From: Schmidtea polychroa
Taxonomy: Eukaryota
DNA length: 64,000 nucleotides
Assembly: GCA_044892525.1 (NCBI GenBank)
Contig: CM097885.1
Span: 237,772,001-237,836,000, forward strand
Reading direction: 5' to 3'
In this document: positions 12,676 through 26,040 of the stretch, piece by piece
Layout of the letters: every line of letters starts with the position of its first letter
Position numbering within the stretch: position 1 is the first letter of the stretch
Translations under genes and position numbers: made by a program
Notes under the pieces: generated by a model
What the model was told of the DNA's origin: nothing
Databases searched by the model: none
Seen by the model: only the letters and a program-made list of their open reading frames with translations

Positions 12676-14848
12676 ATATTTCACCACATTTACCATCAAA
12701 TACCTAACTAGAGATGAAATATATTGATTGATCATAATTCTTCATCGATTCAGTAAATTATATAGCAATTATAACGTGATATATCTTTCAAAATCACAAA
12801 TTTCAGTAGATTTTACAATAATTTTCAAGTAGATTTCAAATATATCATGATGATAAAATTAGCTGGTTTTAACTGTAGATTTTCAATATTTAAAAGTTCA
12901 TCAATATTCTTAGAAAATATATGAAAAAATTATTTAGTCAAATTCAATATCATTACAAAGTCATCATAAAAATTAAATAATAAAACTCTAATTATTAACC
13001 TAACTGTCATTAAAAATAATTTTTATTTAAAATTAAATTTAAAAATAAGTCAATAAAATGTAGCAAATTAACAAGAAATTAATTAAATTTGTCTTAGAAT
13101 TAACACTAAAACCTTAAATTTTTAAATATTCTTTCAATTATTCACAAAAAATGTTAGTAATAATATAAGTAAAATCCCGCTAACTCTAAAAAATTACCAA
13201 TGAATTTAATGCCAAATAATAACCAAAAATTTGCCTAAATGAAATCATTAAAACACACCAGTGCCCTTACGAGCAGTACCCATAGAGGGAGAAAATATCT
13301 TGTCGGATAAACTCAGAGTATATATAAATAAACGAATTAACAATAACTCCATCAAATTGAATCAGTTATAATATTCATATATTTCATAAAGATTTATAAA
13401 AATGATCACTTTAATAAAATATATTTAATACAATTTAAAAAATATTTGTGGGGAGGATATAAGTGATAATAATTAGTGGAAAATCGAGAATCGGCGGTAT
13501 TTAATCCCCAAATGATTATTTTATTACATAACAAACCATGAGTAATTATGATAAATTCATATTTTAAATTTTGATTAAGTCCTTTAATATTAGGAATTTA
13601 TTATTAAATTTATTATTTTACATTAAATATTTCAATTTAAAAAACAAATATTCTAAAAAATATTTTAAGATACAATCAAAATGATCCTTCAAAGTTAAAA
13701 AGGGGACAAAGAGTGTCAGCATACAACATGCCTACCCAGCATTAAATTTACTTAAATAAAAATATATGAAAACACCAAGTAAACAATGATAATAGAGGGA
13801 TAATAGACCCAAAAAATAAAATAACCGAATTAAAAATAAAATAAAATACTAGCAAGATGTATCACACGAAAACTTACTCAAATATAACCGAAAGATATAA
13901 AACAGCAAAAACAAATTCGATTAAATACTTTATAGCAATTGCTAGTTCTTATAATTTCCCAACTTTAATGAAGATTCTTACCACCTGAGAATAATATTGT
14001 TAATTTTATCTCTGTGTTATTAAAATTATCTTTCGACTTTACGCTTACTAATTATTATCACTTATATCCTCCCCACAAATATTTTTTAAATTGTATTAAA
14101 TATATTTTATTAAAGTGATCATTTTTATAAATCTTTATGAAATATATGAATATTATAACTGATTCAATTTGATGGAGTTATTGTTAATTCGTTTATTTAT
14201 ATATACTCTGAGTTTATCCGACAAGATATTTTCTCCCTCTATGGGTACTGCTCGTAAGGGCACTGGTGTGTTTTAATGATTTCATTTAGGCAAATTTTTG
14301 GTTATTATTTGGCATTAAATTCATTGGTAATTTTTTAGAGTTAGCGGGATTTTACTTATATTATTACTAACATTTTTTGTGAATAATTGAAAGAATATTT
14401 AAAAATTTAAGGTTTTAGTGTTAATTCTAAGACAAATTTAATTAATTTCTTGTTAATTTGCTACATTTTATTGACTTATTTTTAAATTTAATTTTAAATA
14501 AAAATTATTTTTAATGACAGTTAGGTTAATAATTAGAGTTTTATTATTTAATTTTTATGATGACTTTGTAATGATATTGAATTTGACTAAATAATTTTTT
14601 CATATATTTTCTAAGAATATTGATGAACTTTTAAATATTGAAAATCTACAGTTAAAACCAGCTAATTTTATCATCATGATATATTTGAAATCTACTTGAA
14701 AATTATTGTAAAATCTACTGAAATTTGTGATTTTGAAAGATATATCACGTTATAATTGCTATATAATTTACTGAATCGATGAAGAATTATGATCAATCAA
14801 TATATTTCATCTCTAGTTAGGTATTTGATGGTAAATGTGGTGAAATAT
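12676..14848. repeat. Apparently perfect 802-bp inverted duplication (12676-13477 / 14047-14848) with a 569-bp spacer
   Basis: Reverse-complement comparison by eye; no mismatches noticed. Confidence 0.85.
13404..13533 (-). mobile_element. Fragment of an LTR 5' end, same family as the LTR at 48391
   Basis: Reverse complement TGTTATGTAATAAAATAATCATTTGGGGAT matches 48391 TGTTATGTAATAAAATAGTCATTTGTGGAT; ACTAATTATTATCACTTATATCCTCCC also shared with ~48571. Confidence 0.8.
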
Positions 14849-15820
14849 AAAAAACAATATGCTATGGTCTTTATTGATTAATTTGTTGTATATTGCATTG
14901 ATACATCAAAATGTCAGATAATATTTATAAATTAACTAAAAAATACTATATTACCTAAGAATTCAGTTATGTTTCTAGTTAAATAATTGAAATAATTGAT
15001 ATATGTATCAACTATATCAAAATATTTGTTATGAATCCTAGAATATTTTAATTAAATGGTACAGCCAAAAACCAGGGATTTCTAACTAAATTGGTAAATT
15101 TATCTGAAAATATTTTACTTAAGAAATCGCTATATTTAAAATAACCATGTACTTTTCACTAAATTGCCTAAAAATTTGCTATATGGTATTGTTAAATAAA
15201 ATAATCATAATAATAAATAATAATATTATGTCAGGGCATGAAAAAATAATATAATTGATGACTAATAAATTTGCAATACAAGTGCATAATTAACAAAGAC
15301 TTTGCAATAAATGGGCATGATTAACAAAGACACTAGAAATATTATCTTTGCATTTTGTCGAAGATGATTATGGCAGTAATATCAGAGGAGAATCAATGGA
15401 CAGAAGAAAAGCATCATTATGATTTATAATAATTGTAAATATAATTGTAAATATAATTGTATATATAATTGTAAATTTCCATATATATAAATAACACTAT
15501 TTAAAAAATTAATACAAATATTAAAACAAAATGAATTAATAATGAATGTTTTAATCAAAAAGTATTACAATAAAACAATAAATTTATAAAAACAAATTAA
15601 AACATTTATTTACGAAACAATAATAACCAATACTACTGTAACACATAATGTCAACTTTAAAATATTGATTAGAGTTTCTTCTGCTTTTCCAGCATCTTCA
15701 TGGTTCTTGAGAAGATGTTTTTCCCATTTTGATGAACTCATGGGTATATTTCATTCTGAATAATCTAAAAATAATAATAATTCATTTGACTTTGATATTG
15801 TATTGATTTGTATTGAGAAC

Positions 15821-16611
15821 TTACATGTATATAGTGTGATATTCATTATTCAGTGTTGAACAGGCTTGACAATTGTGAACATTCTTCTCGTGACACTTAG
15901 AACAAACAATTACGTGACCACACGGTAAATACAAAACCGAAACTTGATTTTCTTTACAAATTGAACAAGTTAAATACTTTTTCTTAACATCGTTCAGTTT
16001 TTCCGTTAGCTTATTTTCAATCAAATTGGCTTTTGCTATCCATTCATAAATCAATCTACTATATCCCGGTTTCTACCTTCAATACATGCAATTTCAAAAG
16101 TATTCATTCAGTGAATCGTTGTTTACCACTGTTTTCTTTTTTCTAAATACATTAAATAACTAGATAACTTCAAAATGCATTTATCATAATTAAATAAATC
16201 AATCAAATATTCAATAGAGGAATGTTTGAAAATTTTTAAAATATTTATGATTTCCTTATCAGTGTAAGTATCATGATTATTTATAAAATCTTCAATTGTG
16301 TTGTTAAAAATTTCAATGAACGCTTATCTTCGGAATAGGTTGGACTTAATTTTTCCTTATTTCTAGTAGGATTTCCTTGCTATAAATGACATATAAAAAA
16401 TATTGACAAAATAATAAAGTTACCAAATGTGTTTTGTGATTTACACAATCATATTCAACAATTATACTTATCGGTAATAAATAAATTTCTTAATAACTAA
16501 ATTACTTTTGTTTTTACATTTATAAAAATTGAGATAGCCAATCAAATTAGCGTTTTCAAAATATAGAAATTGTAACCATGGTTGAACCTTCAAATGTCTA
16601 TGTAACATCAT
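15821..16611 (-). pseudogene. Frameshifted ~260-codon gene ending in an intact IAP-type C3HC4 RING (right-arm copy)
   Basis: ATG at 16611 (MMLHRHLKVQPW) matches 9681; several stops and frameshifts; CSICKENQVSVLYLPCGHVIVCSKCHEKNVHNCQAC. Confidence 0.8.
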
Positions 16612-18228
16612 ATTGTATAACAATAAGCATGACTAGTACCCTTGCAACCTGTTGAGTGTGAGGAGTACCCATAGGGGGACAAAATATTTTGTCGGATAGA
16701 CTAGGAGTATATATAATAATAATATATTTTGAAAATAAATAATAAGAAATTTGAAAATAATTTTGAAAATGATAATAATAATATTTTATAAATAAAATAA
16801 GAATTTTGAAGAAAATAATCATGAAAATATTGAAAATCGTGAAAATTATGAAAATGTTGAAAATTATGAAAATCTTCCTGAAAATGTTGAAAATCGTGAA
16901 AATATTGAAAATGAAAATAATAATATTTTGAAAATAATAATATGACCTTGAAAATAATAATATTTTGAAAAATAATAATATGACCTTGAAAATAATAATA
17001 TTTTGAAAAATAATAATATGACCTTGAAAATAATAATATTTTGAAAATAATAATATGACCTTGAAAATAATAATATGACCTTGAAAATAATAATATGACC
17101 TTGAAAATAATAATATTTTGAAAATAATAATATGACCTTGAAAATAATATGACCTTGAAAATAATAATATTTTGAAAAATAATAATATGACCTTGAAAAT
17201 AATAATATTTTGAAAAATAATAATATGACCTTGAAAATAATAATATTTTGAAAATAATAATATGACCTTGAAAATAATAATATTTTGAAAATAATAATAT
17301 GACCTTGAAAATAATAATATTTTGAAAATAATAATATGACCTTGAAAATAATAATATTTTGAAAAATAATAATATGACCTTGAAAATAATAATATTTTGA
17401 AAAATAATAATATGACCTTGAAAATAATAAAATAATAATTATAAAGTTATAATAATAATATTAATACCCTTGCGACATGTTGAATGTGAGCAGTACCCTT
17501 ACGACAAATACACATAGGGGACAGAATATTTTGTCGGATAGACTAGGAGTATATAATAATAATAATATTGAATAAAACTTCGGAAATAATAAATTTGAAA
17601 ATAACATCTTCCGCGCGGGCGGTAATATCTTTCCAAATATTAATGATAAATTAAATTATTACGTAATCGAAATTTAAAACAACAAAAAAAATATTATTTA
17701 ATCAACGATTTAAATAAAATTAAATTATTACATATTCGATAATTAAAACAAAAATTAAAATATTATTATATAATTAACGATTTAAATAAAATTAAATTAA
17801 TACGTAATCGATAATTAAAGCAAAAATAAAAATAATATATAATCAACGATTAAAACAAAATTAAATTATTACGTATTCGATAATTAAAACAAAAAAAAAA
17901 TATTATTATATAATCAACGATTTAAACAAAATTAAATTATTACTTATTCGATAATTAAAACAAAAAAAAAATAAAAATATTATTATATAATTAACAATTA
18001 AATTATTACTTAAACAAAAAATAAACCGCTGGAACAAAAATAGATGTCTTTGTTACTGAAATAGAACGACCTTGGGGAGTCATCGGATCAAAAATGTTAC
18101 TAAAATTATATAAAAAATATTTACTAAAAATAGATGTCTTTGTTACTAAAAATAGAACGACCTTGGTGACTCAGCGACTATTATAAAGTCTTTGTTTAAA
18201 TTACCTTGATAATTAAAACTTGATGATG

Positions 18229-18342
<114 letters not shown>

Positions 18343-19478
18343 TTAATAATAATATTAATAATAAATTTTGAAAATATCTTCGAAAATAATAATAATAATA
18401 AATAATATTGAAATTAATAATAATAAATAATAATAATACATTTGATAGTAATAAATAATAAATCCCATGGGCGCGTCATTGTCTATGTTCTGAAAATGAT
18501 GAGTTTGTTCAAGAAATAAATGAGTCATCGATGAGTACTTTTTTATTACCGTTTGTTTGATATGTATATTATAAGGTTTGAAAAATTTAAACCTTGGATC
18601 CTTGGACTCTTTGACCTTCAGACTTGGACCATCATACTCATCTTTGAATTACCTTTTGTTTGATATGTATATTATAAGGTTTTAAAATTTTTGAACCTTG
18701 GACCTTCGAACTCACCATCAAAAGTCCTTTTGAATGATATATATATTATATGATTTGAAAAATATTTGATTTTGGATACCCTTTGAAGGTTATTGACCCA
18801 CCATATACCTTTGAGGGTATAGCCATTAGATAGACCTCTCAAATACCTTTCGACTGATATATATATATATTATAAAGTTTGAAAAAATTCGAAGGTTTTT
18901 GACCCTTTGAAGGTCGAGGACCCACCATACACCTTCGAGGGTATGACCATCATACTTACCTCTCAAATACCTTTCGAATGATACCCTTGTGTGAAGGTTT
19001 GGCCTTATTTGACCTTTGGAAATTTAAATATGACCTTGACCGTAAAAATATGACCTTGACCTTTAAAAAAATATGACCTTGACCTTAGAAAATATGACCT
19101 TGACATTAAAAATATGACCTTGACCTTTAAAAAATATGACCTTGATGAGTCATAGTATGAGTCATATGACCTTGAAAACGAACTTGACGAGTCGTGGTCT
19201 TTGTTTCAATGACCTTGATGAGTCATTGGATGAGTCATATGGCCTTGAATGAGTCATCGGATGAGTCATATGGCCTTGAATGAGTCATCGGATGAGTCAT
19301 ATGACCTTGAATGAGTCATAGGATGAGTCATGGTCTTTGTTTCAATGACCTTGATGAGTCATATGTCTTTGTTTAAAATTTGACCTTGAAAAAAAAATTT
19401 AAAATGGCGGGGGGAGGGGGAGGGGGTATGTCTTTGTCCCAGAGGGCCGCTGGTTTAGTGGGCCGCTATCCCTCTACT

Positions 19479-21521
19479 CACAATAACCGATTAGAGGAAG
19501 TATTCAGAAGAATTCAACTAGCGGGGTTGAGAATTAACCCAGAAAAATGTTATCTGTATAAAGAAGAATTGACATTCCTAGGGCACACTGTAAGTGCAAG
19601 TGGGATAAAAACGAACGACAAGAAGAATAAAGAGATTCAAGATGCAGAAATACCAGTATGCGCCAAACAATTAAGATCCTTTTTAGGTATGACCAATTAC
19701 TATAGGAAGTTTATAAAAGACTATGCGAAAATTGCGGAACCTCTACATGCAGCTACGTCCGGCTGTGAGAAAAAGATTAATTGGTCAGAAGATTGCAACA
19801 ATAGTTTTGAATTACTTAAAACAAAGTTGTGTGAAGCTCCAATTCTAGATTACCCAAGAATGGATAGAAACTTTATTCTGGATACAGACGCTAGTTTTGG
19901 GGCCATCGGAGCAGTTTTATGTCAAGCTAAAGAAGATGGTACTGAAGTGGTAATTGCATATGGGTCGAGGCACTTGACCGCGCATGAAAAAGGTTATTGT
20001 GTGACTAGGAAGGAGTTACTGGCTATACACGAATATGTAATGTATTTTAAACAATATCTATACGGAAAGTCATTTGTAGTAAGAACGGATCACAAGGCGT
20101 TGGTTTTCATGAGATACACAAAAAAACCGATAAGCCCGCAATTTCAAACCTGGCTAGCCAACCTTTCCGGATATGATTTCAATCTTCAATATAGGAAAGG
20201 AGAGGAACATGGAAATGCGGACGGAATATCAAGGATTAAAGGGATGTTATGTGCACAATGCCAGACTAGACATGAAGACGCAAAAGAAGAAAAAGCCAGA
20301 GTAAGACATATCAGCTCATTACAGAAGACTGAGTCGATGACAAAACTCTTAGAAAAGCAACAAGATGATGTAGATTTCATTCACATGACAAGAGTGTTAC
20401 AGGGAGAAGAGAAAAAAAATGACTTGAATAAAAAGAAATTTCCTTTCAATTTGCATAACAACATAAAATTAGAAGATGGGTTTTTATTATTAGAGAAGAA
20501 TGGTAAAGATGTCATCCTGGTGCCGATAGACTACTCAAATACGTTAGTTAAAGGAATACATACTGAAATGTGTCACATTGGAGTAAAGAAATTAATTAGC
20601 TATATGAGCAACATATTTTTTTGGCCAAACATGCAAGAAACTATACAAAACTGTTTGAGAGTATGTGAGATATGCTGCAGAAGGAAAATAGTGCAGGAGA
20701 AGACAAAGGAACGATTGTTGTCGATAATAAGTTCAGAATTTTTAGAGCAGTTGGTCATTGATATAGCACACATGAAGAATGGTGGAGTGTACAAGTATAT
20801 GCTAGTTATCATTGATCGTTTTAGCAAAATGGTCAGTCTGACCGCACTGGAGAGACAAGACGAGAGATCAATTTTCAAAGCCATATTGGAGAAGTGGATA
20901 TACCGTTTCGGAAAACCGCGAAATTGTCTGTCAGACAGAGGGAAGAACTTCGATAGTGGTTTTATGAAAACAAATCTAGGAAGACTGGGTATTACGCAAC
21001 AGTTCAGTTCACCATATCAGCATCAATCTAACGGTTTAGTTGAGAGAATAATACGGACAGTCAGAGACTTGCTGGCAACATCATTAGCAGGTGGACTAGG
21101 AGAGCGAAATTGGGCGGAGTTACTTCCTCGAGTAGAATTTTGTATCAACGTGACACAACAGAGCGCGACGGGATATTCTCCATTTGAAATTGTTTTTGGG
21201 AGGAAGATTAACCTTCATTCAACATTGCCTCAGACGACATTGGATACAGTTGAGATACATAGATTGGTAAGAGAGAACAGTGAGAAAGCAGCTAAACGAA
21301 TGAAAGAGATGGAAACAGAGAAGAGAACGAATCGATGTTTCACGGTGGGGGAGAAAGTATTAGTTCGGAAAGAACCACAAAATCGCGACAAAGATGGACT
21401 ACAGTATGAAGGTCCTTTTGTCATATCAAAGTTTTTGTCAGAGCACCAGGTGGAATTGAGTGACGGGACGACAAAGAAACTCAGACGAATTGAATGGCTT
21501 AAGAGATGGGCAGTTCCTTAA
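19479..21521 (+). CDS. pol: Gypsy pol C-terminal part (RT end, RNase H, integrase), open frame
   Basis: FLGHTVS, FILDTDAS, RKELLAI, TDHKAL, H-H-C-C zinc motif, IDIA/SDRG/VER catalytic triad, YEGPF (GPY/F). Confidence 0.95.
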   Translation, partial: HNNRLEEVFRRIQLAGLRINPEKCYLYKEELTFLGHTVSASGIKTNDKKNKEIQDAEIPVCAKQLRSFLGMTNYYRKFIKDYAKIAEPLHAATSGCEKKINWSEDCNNSFELLKTKLCEAPILDYPRMDRNFILDTDASFGAIGAVLCQAKEDGTEVVIAYGSRHLTAHEKGYCVTRKELLAIHEYVMYFKQYLYGKSFVVRTDHKALVFMRYTKKPISPQFQTWLANLSGYDFNLQYRKGEEHGNADGISRIKGMLCAQCQTRHEDAKEEKARVRHISSLQKTESMTKLLEKQQDDVDFIHMTRVLQGEEKKNDLNKKKFPFNLHNNIKLEDGFLLLEKNGKDVILVPIDYSNTLVKGIHTEMCHIGVKKLISYMSNIFFWPNMQETIQNCLRVCEICCRRKIVQEKTKERLLSIISSEFLEQLVIDIAHMKNGGVYKYMLVIIDRFSKMVSLTALERQDERSIFKAILEKWIYRFGKPRNCLSDRGKNFDSGFMKTNLGRLGITQQFSSPYQHQSNGLVERIIRTVRDLLATSLAGGLGERNWAELLPRVEFCINVTQQSATGYSPFEIVFGRKINLHSTLPQTTLDTVEIHRLVRENSEKAAKRMKEMETEKRTNRCFTVGEKVLVRKEPQNRDKDGLQYEGPFVISKFLSEHQVELSDGTTKKLRRIEWLKRWAVP

Positions 21522-21533
21522 AGAAGGGGAGAG
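21520..21533 (+). promoter_or_regulatory. Polypurine tract of the Gypsy element
   Basis: AAAGAAGGGGAGAG overlapping the pol stop codon. Confidence 0.65.
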
Positions 21534-22439
21534 TTATGGAAAGTTGTTTGTTTTAATAATATTGTTTTTAGCGTTTTTTGAAAAATATATTTTAACTGCT
21601 TTTATTATTGATCTTATGAATTTAGAAGTTGAAGACATCATAACTCTTGGTAACATTATGAATTAAATGTTTAACAGGTAAATGACAAGATGAGCTGTTG
21701 ATGCAACTAATACTGTAATTTAGTAAATTTTCGATAATAAGATAATCCTTTTCAATCTTTAATTACCTTTAATCGAAAATTTTCTCAATTAATACACTAG
21801 CAACATCTTTTCATTTACTAATTTAAAATGTGAACTCATTTTTCCAGTGTTACCATATTGGAACAATTGGATTTCCTATCCCAACTTCCATATAAACCAT
21901 ATTATTATATTTTTGGGTTTATCATCCTACTACTTATGGTGTACAGAAATTTGTCTGAACGAGTTTATTTCTTAAAAAATTAAAAAAAGATTAATTTGGG
22001 CTAAAATGGATTAATAATTGTTCTAACATCATTTTAAAATTAGTAACTTTGTGATGGACTTTGTCTTTTTAATTTTGACACATTGAAGAATTTTGATTTG
22101 CCATTACTTGTTGTAGTGATCGAATATTTTCAAAATTAAAATTTTAGAAAAATTGAATTTAAAGTTAACTCTGTTTAAATTAGAGAATATTTTTTGGCTT
22201 TTTGAATTTAAATTAATAAAAATTTATCACATCCATAATTTTGTTTTTAATTTAATGTCATTTCAAACATGAAATAATAATTATCAACCCAATGATCTGT
22301 GCGATATATTTCTATAAATCCCAAAGATCCTAATATTCCAAATCCTAATTGGACATTCATTTCACATTTTGATTTTAACAATATCATGACCAGATGGTTT
22401 TATTTTCTTTTATACTGTTATCTTGTACTTTATATAAGA

Positions 22440-22730
22440 CAAATACTTGCATAGAACATACAAAATCAATACATGCATAAGCACCCTAGCTGTGACATTC
22501 TCAAAACAGGAATAGCTAATCCGTTTGGTATGTCATCATTTCTTTAAGTCATTTAGATTACTTAATGCTCCTTTGACCTTTCCAAGAAACAATTGACTCA
22601 ATATCATGAAATTTAGGATACTTAGATGATGTAATTTTCGAATCGGATACAGAAGAAGAGCAAAACAAACATTTGAAAGTAATCACAAATGAGTTGATTA
22701 AAGTTGGGTTGCTTGTTAACTCATCATATC
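22440..22730 (+). pseudogene. Degenerate Gypsy RT relic
   Basis: Reads ILKTGIANPFGM, FRLLNAPLTF and GYLDDVIFESDTEEEQNKHLKVI, with stops and frameshifts. Confidence 0.7.
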
Positions 22731-22870
22731 TCAACAACTGGAATTTCTCGTTTAGAAATCAATATCGCAGCAATTATAAATTTCCAGAAACAACAAACTA
22801 ACTGGTGGATTATAGGCAGATATAAACTATACCCTTCACGCTGTTTCTAGCATAACCAAGAATACTATAT

Positions 22871-23100
22871 TGGTGGGTTACATGTAATCCACATTCTACC
22901 CTTTGAGGCTGTTTCTACCGTAACCCAGAATACAATTGAATTTACTCTACCATTCGACACCCACTGAGTGCTCAACGTTGGTACTGTATCGCATGGATGA
23001 ATTATGCGAGAAAAGCGAGTATCTCTGTACATTATAATCGTCGGGTATTCAAATGGGTCCACGGACTACTGATAGAAGGTTTGTCCGATTTTTGCATAGG
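22871..23100 (-). mobile_element. Diverged 3' end of a giant-LTR family member
   Basis: Reverse complement shares CAGTACCAACGTTGA, TTGTATTCTGGGTTACG and TGTAACCCACCA with ~4770-4978. Confidence 0.8.
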
Positions 23101-24390
23101 TCGCTTCGTATTATACTTTGTCGATTCTCATCTTATAGGTTGCCAGATAATCTGCTACTTTCCTTAAGAATCTCATACCCTTGAGTAATTACTATACCGT
23201 ACGCCAGTTGTCTTCAAACTTTATATGCTTGCAGAACCCTTTTACAAAAAATTATTTTTGAGGAACCCTAATTAACTTTTTAAAATATAAGTATAATTTT
23301 TTAATACAATATTTAACAAATATAAAAATATTAAATAAATATTTTAATTTTTAAATTAATGGCTTGGGTGTGCATGCCTATCTTTACATAAACTGGCAAT
23401 ATTGGGAGAAATTGTTGTTAATCGTAAATGCATGGCATTTTCTGCATCAATTTTATTTCCGTATTCAGTTTTTATAGCAATATAAATGGAGATTGATGTT
23501 TCGCAAAGATACAAAGAAGACCACTGCTCTACGCAAACACCCTATTCGCTCTTACTATACTCACCCATAAAAATACATAATGTGTATTACACATACACTC
23601 ACACCCACACCCACCAACACCCATATAACGAAATCATTGAATTTAATCTTTTAGTTTTATGAAGCCTATCAACAAGTTCTAGTGCCGATAAATTAGGTTT
23701 TGATGTAGGAATACAAGAAGCGACTAGCTCAATTTTATGCAATAGAATTTACATAAATTTTGTTCTCTTGAAATATTTTAAATAATTTTACGTGATCTTA
23801 ACAAATGAACTCTCATTACCTTTCCTAACCTTTTCTCCATTGATATTTTTCTTATTCTATTTCAAATGTAATAATTGCAACGAATTAAAACAAATCTTTT
23901 AACACAAATCTCCACCGTATATTTAAGAGGTGGGGAAATACTTTTAAGTGCGGGCCAAAATGAAATTTTCAAAATGTCTCCCGGGTCGGAGAACTATACC
24001 GCTTACTCTGTGCACACGCGAATGTTTTGGGTGGAGTTTTTTTCCTGCTCAAGAAATTGTCTTACTTGGGTGTACATGCGAACAATTTGTGCCAGTAAAA
24101 TATGTCACGTAATTTTTAAAGAAATATAATGCATTATATTAAATTAATGTTCATTAAATAAAACAGTTAATGACAGATTTTATTTTGTTATTTATTTATA
24201 TCTTAACGATACAAAATATTTAATATTGATACATAGTTATTACATTTTAATGTTTATATTGCATTTTCTAAATATAATAGTAAATATAATTTTAAAAAAG
24301 AAAAGATAAACATCAAACGTTAAAATAGAATACTTATAGTTAATGCGAAACGTGATCTTAAAAGAAATGATGACGAGTATGTGACCAGTC

Positions 24391-25717
24391 ACTGGTCGGA
24401 TTTAAGCATTTGTTGGCCCTAGGCAAAGGAGCTTTTTGGGGCCCTCAAAATTAATTAGTTCAGAAGAGTTTTGATGGCTTTTGATTGAGGAACCAGCATT
24501 TTTCCAATCTCGCAGGCCATTGGTTGCTAAATTGAAATTTGAAGCAGTGAGTAATTTGCAAACAAAACAAAAAACATTTCCAATTTTAGGCGAATATACA
24601 AGCCATTCGCGAGTGTACTTTTCTCCATTTGTTTTTTCATCAAAGAATAAAGTCTTAGAGCAATATCGAACAGTATTGTCATTATAGAGCTGTTTGGAAG
24701 AATGAAAGTTTTCTGTTGAATGTTGGCAACTTTCAGGGCCCTTCTCAATCCAGTACAAAGTGTCTTCAGAAGACAATTCTCTCCATAATCCTACGTCATT
24801 CTCACGATTTGCATTTGGAGATGATTCAATCAGGGATTCCACTAAATTTTCATTATTAATGTTATCTACCAGCTCCAAATTATTTTCGAAATAATTAAAA
24901 ACTTGATTTGAACTTCCAGTGAAAATAGGTTGATTTGAAGTACTGGAAGAGACCTCTATTTGGTCGCTTTGGTGCCGATCTTCTTGTGCTACAAATTCAC
25001 TTTCAGTTGCAGAATCTTTAGTGAAAAAACAATCTAGCTTAGGAATTTTCTTAATTTCTTCTTCTCTCTCTGCTTTTTTCTTCCTTTTAAACGCTCCGCT
25101 TGCGTAGTTTCGTTTCATTCTATCTTAAATTTAATTAAAGTATTTTTTAATTAAATTGATTAAATAATTTTAATATTTTTATACTATACCTAGATCTTAA
25201 CAATTAATCAATTAAAAAAAAGCCTCACTTCGTCCTAAAATTGCTTTATTTTAAATTTTTTATTTTTAAGCCGATTTCCTTTGAAATAATTTTTTTCTTT
25301 TGTGTATAAAATTTTTACCAACACTCCAAAAAAATATGTTTCTACACAATAACAATTCGATTCCCGCCTTCGCAAATTTCAACCGACAAACTCCACTAAT
25401 GATAACCCCCTTGGAGGTTGCGGAAATAAAGAAAAAATATTTTTTCAACTATAACAACTTTTAAAATTATTGGGGCCCCAAATTGTTGATATTTTAGAAA
25501 ATTTCCTTAAATAAAAAAATACGTACAATGTTTTTTTAATTCTTTATATAATACATGTATTTTATACTGTATTTTAATTTTTTTATATTTTAGTATATAA
25601 AAAATCCATTAAAAAAATATTTTTTTTGTGGCCCCTTAGATGATTTCGATTTTGGGGCCCCCAAAACTGCGGGCCCCTAGGCAGTGCCTACTCTGCCTAT
25701 AGGTAAATCCGGAATAG
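24391..25717 (-). mobile_element. Nested internally deleted hAT element
   Basis: Ends share CGGATTTA and CCTAGGC motifs; TSD GACCAGTC/GACCAGTG. Confidence 0.65.
24402..25118 (-). pseudogene. N-terminal part of a hAT transposase (TTF-type zinc finger, ZMYM1-like), truncated
   Basis: SGAFKRKKK start; REWLVYS...VFCFVCKL...GLRDWKN...HQNS, then runs into the element end. Confidence 0.85.
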
Positions 25718-26040
25718 GACCAGTGCTAAATCAAAATAAGCAGTATGTAGTCAGACAACGACACGCTTTGTTAGAGTATGTTGTATACATTAAAGTAGTA
25801 TGGTTACGGCTGTTCGAAATTATTATACTGTCTATTATTTATATTTTTCATTATTTTTATGTACACTACGTACACTAATACTGTTGATTTCAACAAAATC
25901 GCACGAGATTTAAAAATTTGCATGCGGGATTTTTCAACGGGCCGGCTTTTACCCACCCCTGGTATATATTATTTACCGAGTTTAGTATATTATTAACCGT
26001 GCAATAATCAATAATTTAGTTTCGTATATAATATAATCAA

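Larger units (their letters stand above)
23925..25961. mobile_element. Non-autonomous hAT element
   Basis: Degenerate CAGGGGTGGG-type ends (AAGAGGTGGGG / CCCACCCCTG); 8-bp TSD GTATATTT/GTATATAT. Confidence 0.6.

Noticed and set aside
19380..19478. Gly-rich N-terminus of the 713-aa pol ORF
   Set aside because: Chance read-through from the foldback terminus with a TTG start; pol proper resumes at 19479.
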